From: Adineta vaga
Taxonomy: Eukaryota > Animalia > Rotifera
Direction: 5' to 3'
NCBI GenBank assembly: GCA_021613535.1
Contig: CP075495.1
Coordinates: forward strand, 3,844,001 to 3,908,000
Length of the DNA: 64,000 nt
The notes under the pieces: generated by a model
The model's database searches: none
Seen by the model: only the letters and a program-made list of their open reading frames with translations
Told to the model about the DNA's origin: nothing
Shown here: positions 38,901 through 50,669 of the stretch, piece after piece
Layout of the letters: each line of letters opens with the position of its first letter
Position numbering within the stretch: the stretch's first letter is position 1
Program-made: the position numbers and the translations under genes

Positions 38901-41900
38901 AAATATACCTCAAACTCTCAAGTATAGCTTTCACAATAGAGAACAAAGTTTTTAATTATGATAGATGAGATAGAAGAATATATATGACTGGCAGAAGCAG
39001 AACGAGAATTACAATATCAAGGCTACATTTATCACTCAATATCGATATCCTATTTAACAATTCTTCGTATCTTCATTGATGCGAATAATAATATACTAAA
39101 TAACTTCGACACTTACTCATTTGTTAGTTGTTTTGAAGTCTTGTTAACGGTTATTTTCTTCGTTGGTGCATGCAATTGTACAGCAAGACTTGCTGAAATA
39201 ATATTATGATAAGACATAGAAATATGTATGAATTCGAAGAGTTTTTCTTTCATATTAACATACCTCGTTTTACATTAACTTGTGTTGTACTAACTGCTTC
39301 ACCTAATTCATTTTTGATGATGACTTTAAATTTACCATCATATTCTGATGTAATTTTAAGAATAGTTAATGCTGAATACAATGTTTGATTTTCGTGTGAT
39401 TGAACAATGTGAATATTCGATGAAGAAAGAAGAATATTTGATTTGTAATACCAAGTTATCTAAATAGAAAAAAAAGCATTGAAATGGATTATCAATTTTA
39501 GAGAAAGAATTCTTTTACATTTGGTTCTGGTTGACCAATGTAATGAACTTCTAAGTGAAGTTTATCATCATGATTGAGAGTGATGGATGGTTTGAGACGA
39601 AGAGTAAATTTTGGTTGAATTGGTTTTTGTTCTATTTGAACGATTGAAGATAATAATTCTTCGTTATCTGTTTTAGTTGTCAGTAACTCTGTTGATAAAC
39701 TAGTTACTGCCTTTGAATCGACTAGTATAGTCTTTTCAAAGATAGCAGATTCTTCTTTCTTCTTAGTAGAAATTTTTTGCATATCAGAAAATTCTCGTTC
39801 AACAGACGAATTTTGATCGGTTAATGTGTTTTGATGTCCGTTTGCAATGGTTTGTACTAGTTTTTCTTTGCCAGTAGAGGTAGGAGATACGTCCGTTTTC
39901 TTCTTAGTAACTGATTTTGATTTTTTCTTGATAGGAATATCTTGTTGAGTTGAAACACTAGCTTCTTCTCTTTTACTAACAGATTTCTCTATGGGCACAT
40001 GCACATTATCGTTCTTTTTGATATTTGATGGCGACACAAATGGTACTGAATCTGTTTCAATATTTGCCGTAGATGGGACATTTGTTGGTGCCAAATTTAC
40101 TTCAACATCATAAAAATCATTCTGTGTTAGCTCATTGGCTGCATCATGTTGCAATTTTTCTGCTGCAGCAAGAGTAATTGCTGGTTTTTCCACGACTGTA
40201 ATTGATGTCACATCGGTTTTAATGACTTTGTTTGACAAATCTGATTCAACATCAAAGAATTGTTCATGATCATCGAGAGACGATGTATCATTTGTTTGTA
40301 TTGTTGATGTCGATGGTATAATTTCTACAGTCCCTTCGATATGAATAACTGTTGTTGGTTCTAATGAAGCCGAAATAATATCTTGAACCAATTTTTCACG
40401 TACATGTATATCATCTGTATCTTTTGCCTGATCTGGCACTGTTGCTAATGGTAAAAGATTCGTTTCTGTTGGTACAGTTAAAGATTCATGTGAATGTTCA
40501 GGTATTTTGTCTCCAATAATAGTTAAAGTAATAATTGGCATCTGGTCATCCGTCGTTGCATCTGGAAGAACGAGTGAATATGAAATTAAATTTAGAAAAA
40601 AATAACTTACCTGCTGTTACTACTCCATCGATAGAGTTTGTAGATACATTTGACACTGAAAAATGAGTGAATGGAGTCATTTCAATATTGTTACTAATAC
40701 TTTCTAAAGTATAATTGATCGAAGACGTATTTTCAGATGATGAATTTATAAGATCAACGATTGTATTCGATAATATTTCTACAGATTCTTCAAGATGTGG
40801 TATCGTTACATCCAATGGTTTATGTTCATTAATATCAGAAGCTATGGTTTCCGACAAATTAAGTGAACTCATAGGTGTTAATGTATCATTCAATAATGAT
40901 GATTCATGGTTTGATGCTTGCATACAGCTAATAACAGTTTCTGTTGCTTGCAACAATTCATCTTCTTCATGAATTATTTCAACTACTTGATCCAAAGTAT
41001 GTGATAAATCTGCTGGAAGTACGTGTTCGATTTTTTCGATATGTTCTGTTGCTACTGATTGATCATGTAATTTAACTTGTCGTTCAAAATTATTTGAATC
41101 TAAATGATCTACATGATTATTGTTTACGATTGTATTTCGAATGGATAGTTCAGGTAATGATCTATGTTGGGATTGCGATGAATTCAAATGGAAACTATAG
41201 TTGAGATACTGTTCATCAACATAATCGTTCGTCGTAGAAAAGTGATTGGAAGCTTGTGAAAATCGTGATGGAGATCGTAGTTCAAGAATATCATTATCTA
41301 CGATAATATCAGACCATTGTTCAACATTATTCAGTGCTTCATCAAGTGAATTTGGTGAAGAAGAAAAATGTGGTGAATGTTCAGTACCATTTCTTGTATT
41401 ATCTGAAATTTGAATCGACTGCTGATGGATGGAAGTAGTAGCAGACGTTTCTGGAATATGAATAATCTGTGGAATGTCCTCATAAATATGTTCTTCAAAA
41501 TTCTGATCGATAGGAGGTGGAAGTGGAAGTTGAAATTGTCTATGAACAATCTTATCATGTCCCTAAGAAAGATGAATTACGTGTAAGATCAATAATAGAT
41601 AATCCATAGTTACTTACATTTTTTATTCGGTGATCATTCATTGTCAATCGTATGAATGAATCATCATTTTCAAATTGTTCAATCGGTTCCACATGTTCCA
41701 ATTTAGGTGATGGATCAAAATATGCAATATGTCGTTGACCATACAAATCTTTACTAAGCGATAAATCGAATGATAATTGTTGTTTTTGTTCGTGAAGTGA
41801 TTCTTCTTCCTTGATCTACAAAATAAAAATACGTATAAATGTTGCAATTCGAATAGAAAATTCGAAAGTTTACAGTTGGAAAAGGCATTTCTTCGTCTGT

Positions 41901-43248
41901 TGTTGACATTGATGATGATGATTTTCCATTACAAGAATGAATTTTAACTTCTTCATATTCCGATGATTCACCTGATGAGAAATCAGGTGTAGCAGAAATA
42001 TGTTTATTATTGACTCCATTTGAATGATATATTGCTATTTCTTGATGTTTATTCGATAGATCATCTTGTATCTCATTATAATCTTAGACAAAAGATAAAC
42101 ATTTCAAAATACAAGATAATTAAAGTCAAATTCTACTTACGAGGCGTTTCATCTTCATTATCATTGGAATGAACAATAACAATCGTTTGAGTCATTGCGC
42201 GACCATAAAGATTTTCCACATAAAATGTATATAGACCTTGTAATTGTGAATTAATCGATTCAATAATTAATATCGATGAACAATCAGCATTAACAATTAA
42301 GCCATCTTCAATTGGTTTTGCTATTTGTTCATGTGAATATTGTACTTGCCAAGTAGATTGACATTCTGATGTTGGTGAAATATATTCGACTAGAAAATGT
42401 AATTGTTCACCTGAATGATATCGATATGATGATTGCAGTAATCGAGTAATTGTAGGTGGGATAAATCGATTGAGAGATGTGATTGATGCAGGTTTTCTTG
42501 ATGGATTAGTAGTAATAATATCGGTTTGAATTGTTTGTAAAGATTGCTCATCATTCTCAGCAGGACAATCTAAACATTCAAAGTGATTTATGAATAATCT
42601 GTACGTATATAGATATATCGTGTTTCATATATATATATTAGACAATGTAAGAGTAACAAGTGAGAATTTCAAGATTGTAAAAATTTCATTGCGGTAATGG
42701 AATTTATTGAATGTCTATCTGTAGAACAAGTTATGAGAATTGCCTTTTGTGTATTGGAAAAAAAAAGAATTTTCAAATCAATATTTTTATTTGACTAAAT
42801 TGGATACATATCGAATTCAATTATCAAACGTTCACTCACTATCAACAAAAAGATATGCACTTGATTCATCATGTAATCTTTCATTATCATAACTAATATA
42901 AATCGTATAAACTCGTTCATCTTGTTGTTGACATTGTTGAATTTCCATCCAATATCGATTTTCTTCTGGTAAACAACCAAATTGATATTTTGAATTATTA
43001 TTTATTCCAATTGAAATATCATTTAAACGCCATTCAATTTTTAATAATGTTGGATCAATTGGTTCACATGTTAATATTGATATTAAACGTATTTTAGCTT
43101 CAAATCTTGCTGAATCACCATGATGTACTGTTAACGATTTTAATTCTTGTTCAAAACCAATTTGAATCGTATCATTTCGTTTGTATTCATCTTGATCTTG
43201 ATCATCTGTATGTGTAAAATTTGAAAGAAAATCTTTATCAATCGTCAT
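20977..43248 (-). CDS. Giant titin/twitchin/UNC-89-like protein: tandem I-set Ig array (roughly 50 domains, ~37 exons), N-terminal low-complexity spacer, no Fn3 or kinase domain seen
   Basis: Repeated I-set signatures (GxPxPxxxWxKxG...DxGxYx) in ORFs 22191-26255, 28965-29639, 30950-32185, 34654-35583 and others. The 5' exons 43248-42840, 42569-42141, 42082-41874, 41815-41618, 41562-40611, 40561-39519, 39459-39264, 39192-39117 and 37452 onward join by GT-AG introns. Last exons are 21765-21484, 21437-21387 and 21335-20977. Two 1-nt frameshifts at ~26767 and ~27859. Confidence 0.85.
37677..37699 (-). CDS. Candidate internal alternative first exon of the titin-like gene (MQSPRRG-S)
   Basis: ATGCAATCTCCACGACGAGGGAG|GTAATC. 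Phase 2 matches the acceptor at 37453/37452, giving SQQRVSFSG. It lies in the gene's only intron longer than 1 kb. Confidence 0.6.
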
Positions 43249-44641
43249 AATTCTTTTATTTCATATAGAAAATTGACCAACAATTTCGAATATCAAATGG
43301 TAGAATATGTGTGGTTAGAGTAGAAGATGATATTGAATGAATGGCAAGAAAACTAAGTGTTTTGATGATTGTTGTTCAACAACTGTAGAAGATGATATAA
43401 TCGAAGAGAAAGAAACCAAATGAGATATCAACAATATCTTCATGAATGATAGGTTACTAACATATAAGAGGATACTTTTCTTCTTTTTCTTTTTCTTCTT
43501 CTTCTTTTCTATAAGTGTTCATTTCTACAATCAGTTGTCGTTCTTCTATTCTAACGCTTCGAGTTATTCCAAACATAGAAATCAGAAGAAAAAAAAAGGG
43601 AATGACCGATATACTCGTATTTCATACGTACATACATCTCGTGTAAGAAGAGAAGAGCATCATTAATGTTCTGAGCTTCTGCTGTTGATAGACATCAATG
43701 TCAACGTCTATGATAAAAGAGTAGTGATAAGGAATTTCAATTTCTAAGAAATGTATCAAATTAATAAAAGAAAAACGTTTTCAATAGATTGTATACATAA
43801 ATATGAATAATAAATGGCAGGATTATACAGTAAATTTGACATAGATAATTGTTCTTTAATATTAAAATAATAAATAACATCATATCAATATGATTAGATT
43901 TCTAGACCATATCATCGAATTATATAATATTGTTTTAAGGGGGAAAAAATATCTGATAGATGTTGATGGCAAGCATTCATGTAACTTTTGATTTCTTAAT
44001 GAAGATTATTAGTAGAAATTCTCTTTGAAGATTTTATACATGTTCAATTAACTTACCAAAGAATATTCTTTCCTATTTGATTCAAGTTGTTTACTGCAAA
44101 GATCTAATTCCATTCAACATACGATTAAGGCAATGTATATGTATGAGCTGCACATCTCTAAGATCTACTTTCTAAATTAGCTGTCAAATATAAAATATGC
44201 TTAAAAGAAAATGTTTGTTGTTGTTGTTTTTTTTCTCTTCTCTTCTCTTTCTCGTTAGGAAAAGACTATTTGATTGTTATTGTTATTCTTTCTTCCTTGG
44301 TTCTAACAATATATGAATTGTATGTATAAGATACAGAAAAAATATTCTTCTAATGATCGTTATTTTTAACGAGAAACAAAACAGAAGATGATCATTTCAT
44401 TGTTTTTATTAAGCATTGAATCGAATATAAGAAAGAACAAAACATGTAGAGCACAATGTCAAAAATGTCTGTTATTATTTCACAAAAATATTTCTGTACT
44501 GACATTGATATTTATCTGTGCATTGAAAATAAGTTTTATTTTTGTAGAAAAATATATATGAATAAATTAAATGATCAAGTATGAAGAGACAAAAATAAAT
44601 AGAGCATTGTCGTTGTTATTCACTGAAGAAACAAATCGATT

Positions 44642-45166
44642 TCATGTTTGACAACTTGCCATCAATTGTTTCGCACCTAAATTATTTAACATAGAAGATT
44701 CTATTGTCTATCTACGAATTGTTCTTACCACCAGGCATAACTCGACCTGCCATATTAAGTATGGGAATTTTCTTCCAAATTTTATCATCTAAATCATTTC
44801 ATATGTATAAATTCAAATGAAAAAAAAACAGATTTTCAACTAACGATTATCAATTGTTAATTTAACTTCTAATGTTTCAACCACATTATCGAGACTTGTC
44901 GCTTCACAATAATAAAATCCTTCATCACAACCAAGTACCGAACGTATACAAAGTGTACATTGTCCTGTGGTTGGTTCATATCGATGCCATAAACGAACAC
45001 CTCTTATATCAACATGTTCACCTTTCGCATACCAAGCAACAGATTTTATACGTTGATTACGAACATAACATTCAAGAAGAACATTATCACCCGGTCGACA
45101 TTTATAACTTTCCGAAAGACGACTTAAAAAAAGTCGATCAGGACTATTAACCTTTTGCATTGCCAT
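44642..45166 (-). CDS. Small protein (~138 aa) with a single I-set Ig domain
   Basis: Exons 45166-44845, 44788-44729 and 44676-44642 (TGA) join in frame. Ig hallmarks: LECYV, VAWY, CTLCI, DEGFYYCEA. Confidence 0.78.
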
Positions 45167-46909
45167 TGTAGTAGAAGAAGAAAAAATTAGGCGGAAAAGC
45201 AATGTTCGTAGAGATTCAATCGATCAATTGACTGATAGATTGATTGATTGATTATTCTTCAAATCTAGGCAGAAAGAAAGATGAGAAAAGAAAAAGAAAA
45301 ATCAATCGTGAGTAAAAAAAGAACCGTTCCCAAAAGCGACGACAACAACAACAACAACAAATGGTACAAAAATGTCATAGACAAGGAAGGTCACACATCG
45401 GCCAAATTTTTTCGTCAAGTAATAATTACTTGTTTTCTTCGTTAATTACGTCCATTTGTAAAATGATTATTACGCTAACAAGTATCTACGAGGACGAAAA
45501 CAAAAAAAAAGAATACAATACAATGAACTATATACATATACACATGTTATTGATATCATCATCCTACCAATCAATAAGTATAATTAAGTATAAATGTAAC
45601 AATGTCCTTGGAATTGGTGTGTAAGATCTCGTATTTTCTTCTTTTTCTTTTCTCAGGAAAAAAACAAAGTACAGTAACTATTTTTCTTTTCCCAAACGAC
45701 TGACATCTCGACCGCTCTTCTCATCTAATGTTAACCGGCAGGATATTTGTCGTTTATAGATGCATTTCTTCGAAGATAGACTGATTGCATATGGGTTACA
45801 TCGACAGATCAAAGCATGCCTGATAATATTACCAATGACGTTACACCCTTTCATCGTTGTTTGATTTAGAATACAATCTCAATTGGTTTATTTACTTGTA
45901 GAAAAATACAAATAAATGAATTATTCAATTCAAAATAATATTCATATAATAACAGCTGTTATCGAAATGAAAAATATACATTTAAAAAAAAGAATTTTTT
46001 GATAGAAAGCTTCGTGAATACAATCTATTAATTAAGAGAACATAATTTTAGAAACTTTTGATTATAATCTAGTAAAAAAAGTTAAACTTGTTATCTTCAA
46101 GTAAATAACTATTCATTTTCATTCTTTCATCACTTAGTCTATCACATGAATTTGTAAGATCAACTATTCTATTTCCTAATCTTATGTGTTGATAATCATT
46201 GTCAATAAGCTCATTTTTCTTCAAGGAAATTCCATCAATTAGTTATCATTAACTTATCAATTGTTTGAGTCCTATAAAAGAGAAATTCGCATCGACCTTT
46301 CTCTCTCTCTCTCTTCTTTTCTTTAGTTTCTTGTTTTTTTCCACAAATAAATACCAAAATAGATCAGAAGATTACTAATATTTATCTTAAAAAACATATA
46401 TATACGACAACAAGTTTTCCTGCAATTAGAAATTTGCTATTCAACAAGGAAGACATAAGCAAACATCGATTCATTTCCTTTTCTTATCCTTCAAAATGAC
46501 TTTTTTCTCTTGAAATCAAAATCATCTTCTTAAAATAGAATCATAACAAGCCGAGAAGATCACATCCTTCGTAGTTTCCGTTTTGTTTTCCTTCTGATGA
46601 TCTTTAAGCATATATTTTCCTATAAAAAAAAACGTTTTTTTTTCTCTTTTTGGAATAAAATGGTATTTCTGTTTTGTTTTTTGTCACCAATCTTCATACA
46701 CACACACACACACATACACACGCACGCACAAAGAAGTGCACAGAAAAAAAACGAAAACGACATAGGTACAGAAAACGAGAGCGCGAGAAAGAGAGAAAGA
46801 AATGAGTACAATTGCAATTGTATGGAAAGAAAGAAACGTTGAGTGACATATAACAATAATAGTAATAATAATAATAATAAAAAAAAACGAACGTTTTTAA
46901 GACTATAAG

Positions 46910-47926
46910 TTAGGATAAAATATCTACTTCAATATCTTCATCGCATTTGGTTAATTCAAGTACTTGATGATGTTGAGCATTAAATAGACCTGATCGATGT
47001 TCTTTAGCAGCTTGTCTCTGTTCTTTACGATGTCGTAATTTTAAAGCTTTTTCAATACGCTGATGTAATGGATCACTTTTATTTGACGACAACGATGAAT
47101 AACCATCACTTTCATCATTCATAGATCCACTTGTACCAATTAAATTAAATTTAATAATATTTTTTATGCGTCGATGTTTTTCATCATTCATTTGAGAAAA
47201 ATCCAAAACAAATTCGGTTTGATGTGGTAGTAATTGTGGCCCATCGGGTTGTAGAATTCGTATAATTTCTAATTGTTCTCGTCGTCCAAGTTGTTCATTA
47301 ATAATTAATGTTAAATCATCGGTTGTTGCTGTTTGTTCATCACTTGTCATTTTTGACCATAATTTTGTCGGCAATTGTCTACCATGATTATTCGTACGAT
47401 TTTTTCCACGAAGTTTCGGTGATGATGGTGCACTACGTTGTGGAGCTGGTAAAAGACTAGATGGATTTGGAAATTGTTGAAATAATGAACGTGTATCATC
47501 TAATTCAGAAAAATAATCATTCTCGAAAAAATCTGATAGATCAGATGTGCCAATAAATTCTGCTTCAATGCCAAGAAATAGATCATCAACAACACCTGAA
47601 CTATTACAACCACTTATATCCATATATAAATCATCGGAACAAACTGACATAGATTTTGATGATGTTAAATGATTGGATGATGACTGAACATTATTTAGGG
47701 CAGCTGTTAAATCTGGTTGAGAATTACTACGTGACATAGATGCAAGCATATCAGAATTGAGAAATTGTTGAATGGATGTTTGACCATTACTATTAGGATA
47801 TGCTAATGTTGGATATGGTGGAGTTTGTAAGGAAGGATTAGTGATTGTTGTTGTTGAATAGGAATTATTACGCATGCGAAATGATGGATAAATTCCATGT
47901 TCAAGATTATTTAATGAAGGCTGCAT
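46910..47926 (-). CDS. FAM199X: FAM199X-like protein (single coding exon)
   Basis: PSSP, WSKMTSDEQ...EQLGRREQLEIIRILQP...TEFVLDF...DEK and KEQRQAAKEHRSGLF...VLEL...EVDIL match the conserved FAM199X blocks. The ATG at 47926 follows a TTTTCAG acceptor. Confidence 0.88.
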   Translation of the reverse strand: MQPSLNNLEHGIYPSFRMRNNSYSTTTITNPSLQTPPYPTLAYPNSNGQTSIQQFLNSDMLASMSRSNSQPDLTAALNNVQSSSNHLTSSKSMSVCSDDLYMDISGCNSSGVVDDLFLGIEAEFIGTSDLSDFFENDYFSELDDTRSLFQQFPNPSSLLPAPQRSAPSSPKLRGKNRTNNHGRQLPTKLWSKMTSDEQTATTDDLTLIINEQLGRREQLEIIRILQPDGPQLLPHQTEFVLDFSQMNDEKHRRIKNIIKFNLIGTSGSMNDESDGYSSLSSNKSDPLHQRIEKALKLRHRKEQRQAAKEHRSGLFNAQHHQVLELTKCDEDIEVDILS

Positions 47927-48003
47927 TATCTGAAAAACATACAAAATGAATATTGGAATAACAATAACAGAAAAGAAAAAGAAAGAAAAGATTCTCTTCA
48001 TAT

Positions 48004-49633
48004 TTAATCAGTAAATAATGTTCGTTTACACCAAAATCTTGCACGATGATCATCTGAACATGTGACAAATGCTGGTGCTGTTGGACTATGTACAATACAT
48101 TTCACAGGAGCATTATGTCCTAAACCAAGTAGACGTTGTCGTTCAGCATTACGTGAATTCCAACAACACAATGATGTTGCTTTTTCATCTGGATAAAATA
48201 TATAATCTTCAGTATGATTAAATACACAAGTTGCACGATGTTCTTGTTTAGCCAATGTACCTGCACCGGTATAATGAATTAAACAACGCTGAAATGAACA
48301 AAAACGAATTTGAATAAACTAAATGTATGATAAACTTATTCTTACGGCTGTTGATAATTCCCATAGGCGAACTTGTGAATCTTTCCCACTTGTTAATAAA
48401 TATTTAGAATTTTTTGTAAACATTACTGAACAAACTTCTTCACCATTATGTGCACCATCAAATGTATTAATACAACGATTGGTAACTCCATCCCAAACTT
48501 TAAATGAACCATCTTTCGATGAAGTTGCAAATTGCTTTCCATTCGGTGCCCATTTAACACACGTTATCGCTTTAGTATGTTGATCTTGTGATTGAGTTGA
48601 GACAAAACATCGACCTGTTTCAACATCATACAAACGTGTCACAGGATGTTGAGTACCAACAATTAACCAATCACCACTAGGATGAAAACTTAAACAACGT
48701 ATCTGATCAACTTCATTAATGGAACGAAACGATTTCTTTGTTGTTGGTTTAGCATATTCGAAAAATTTTATAGTATAATCACGTGAACCTGAAGCAAGAA
48801 TTGGATCATAGGGATGAAAATCTAAACAAGTCACTTCATCAGCATGATCATAAAGTGTTCGAATAACAGGATGATTATCCATAGCTGGTTCAACTGATGA
48901 TGGAGCATAATCTAATCCAAAACTATTCTTGATTAACATTCTGAAAAAACAAACATGAATGTAGATGAATAATCGAATTTAGTCATCTCATTTACCGATC
49001 AACATCAAGAATTTTAATTGATGCATCTGCTGAACCAGTAGCAATGATCGATCCAGTTATATCAAAAGCAGCTGCACGACAAGGTGCTTTATGAGCAGTT
49101 ACATAAAATGTTTCATAAGAACCAGCATCTGGACTAGTAATTGGTGAGTCAGATTGATAATCAAAATCGAGACCTATAAAATAAAACAGAACAAAGATTC
49201 TTATGAATACTTCAACTATGAATAAAATCATTTCTCATACCAATATCTTGAACATTATCAGAAACAACTACAGTTGCTTTACGTGCTTGTTCTAATTCTT
49301 CTTCAGCTTTTAAACCAAGTCGAACAATATGAGTTAATCGATCTGACGGTGGACATGGTGGAGATGTCTTTTAAAGAAAAAACAAATCGATAAATAAAAA
49401 TCTTATTCAATAAAATAGTACTTGAAGTAGATTGGAAAGTGAGACAGCTAATTGTTGATGACCATCATAGAATAATTGTGAAATTATCAGACGATAGGTT
49501 GTTTCACGTAAACGTGTTTCACTACGAATCTATTTAATATATATTCTTAGAAATAATCACAAATAAAAAAAGAAATGATTTTACATACAATTTGTGGAAT
49601 GTTTAAAGTACCGGGTGCAATGGTAGAATCCAT
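48004..49633 (-). CDS. CSTF1: Cleavage stimulation factor 50 kDa subunit (WD40)
   Basis: Exons 49633-49589, 49529-49422, 49367-49241, 49173-48996, 48940-48346 and 48288-48004. Motifs: [65 protein letters not shown]. Confidence 0.96.
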
Positions 49634-50669
49634 CCTAGAATAGAACTATTTGTGGATCAATGGGAAATGTGAATAATGTAATGACGTAAAATAAGAAAGA
49701 AAATTGGTATTCAGAGACAGAACGACAAAGAAAGATCGAAAGGATAGATGAAGAACTATTCTTTTCTTTCCTTTTTTTCTTCGTCTTTTGTTGTTGTTTT
49801 TTGTTTTCGATTTTCTCATTGGTTATTATAAATAACTTATCTTTGCGCGATCCGAGAATACGTCTATCAATACAGATGTCGTATGTGATCACATACATAT
49901 TATGTACTTTAAGATCAGAAAATCTATTGACTATCGCTAATAATGAACTCTCTGAATGTATGTACTTATAGTGATGAAATGAATACTAAAATAAATTAAA
50001 AAAAACTTACCATTTAGATCAACATTGATTAATTATAGTAATGATTATATGTCGTCGATTACTTGATTTGTGAAAAAGTTAATTGATAGAAAATATCTCC
50101 CATTGACCTTTGATGATATAAACAACAACTAGAACGAGAAATTTGTATCATCATTTGATTAAAATGAATTTCTTTCTATTTTAAAATTATGTCATTTCTT
50201 TTTCCTATTGTAAACATATATGACTCCAGTCACACTTTAAAATCCGTATCGTAGCTACAAGGTTATATTTGTTACAAGTACTGCTATACTCATCTGAACT
50301 CAATATTTCGAATTCATGCTCTTCAACACTTTCTCTTTTTTTTCTTGTGTCGACTTTTTCTTCTTCAATGTTCAGTCAGTCATACTCTTCCTTCTGTTCA
50401 TATAAGGTGTATCCTCTTTTTTTAAAAAAAATATCTAACCGATCTCCTTCTTCATGTTCACACGTGTAGTTATCATAGATAAATGGCGGTCTTTGATTTG
50501 AGTTGAAATTTACATATGTACTTACGCTATACATACAAATTATTTTCATATCATCATATATATATATATATACATATCATTTTGATTAAACCTCATTATA
50601 ACCTACATATTCCGAACCGCAGTAGCCGACGGCTCATTCGACCGCGACACTTATTTGTATATCAATAGA

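Noticed and set aside
47927-48001. Signal-peptide-like N-terminus of ORF 46910..48001 (MKRIFSFFFFSVIVIPIF...)
   Set aside because: This is the translation of the polypyrimidine tract before the AG acceptor. The FAM199X family is not secreted.
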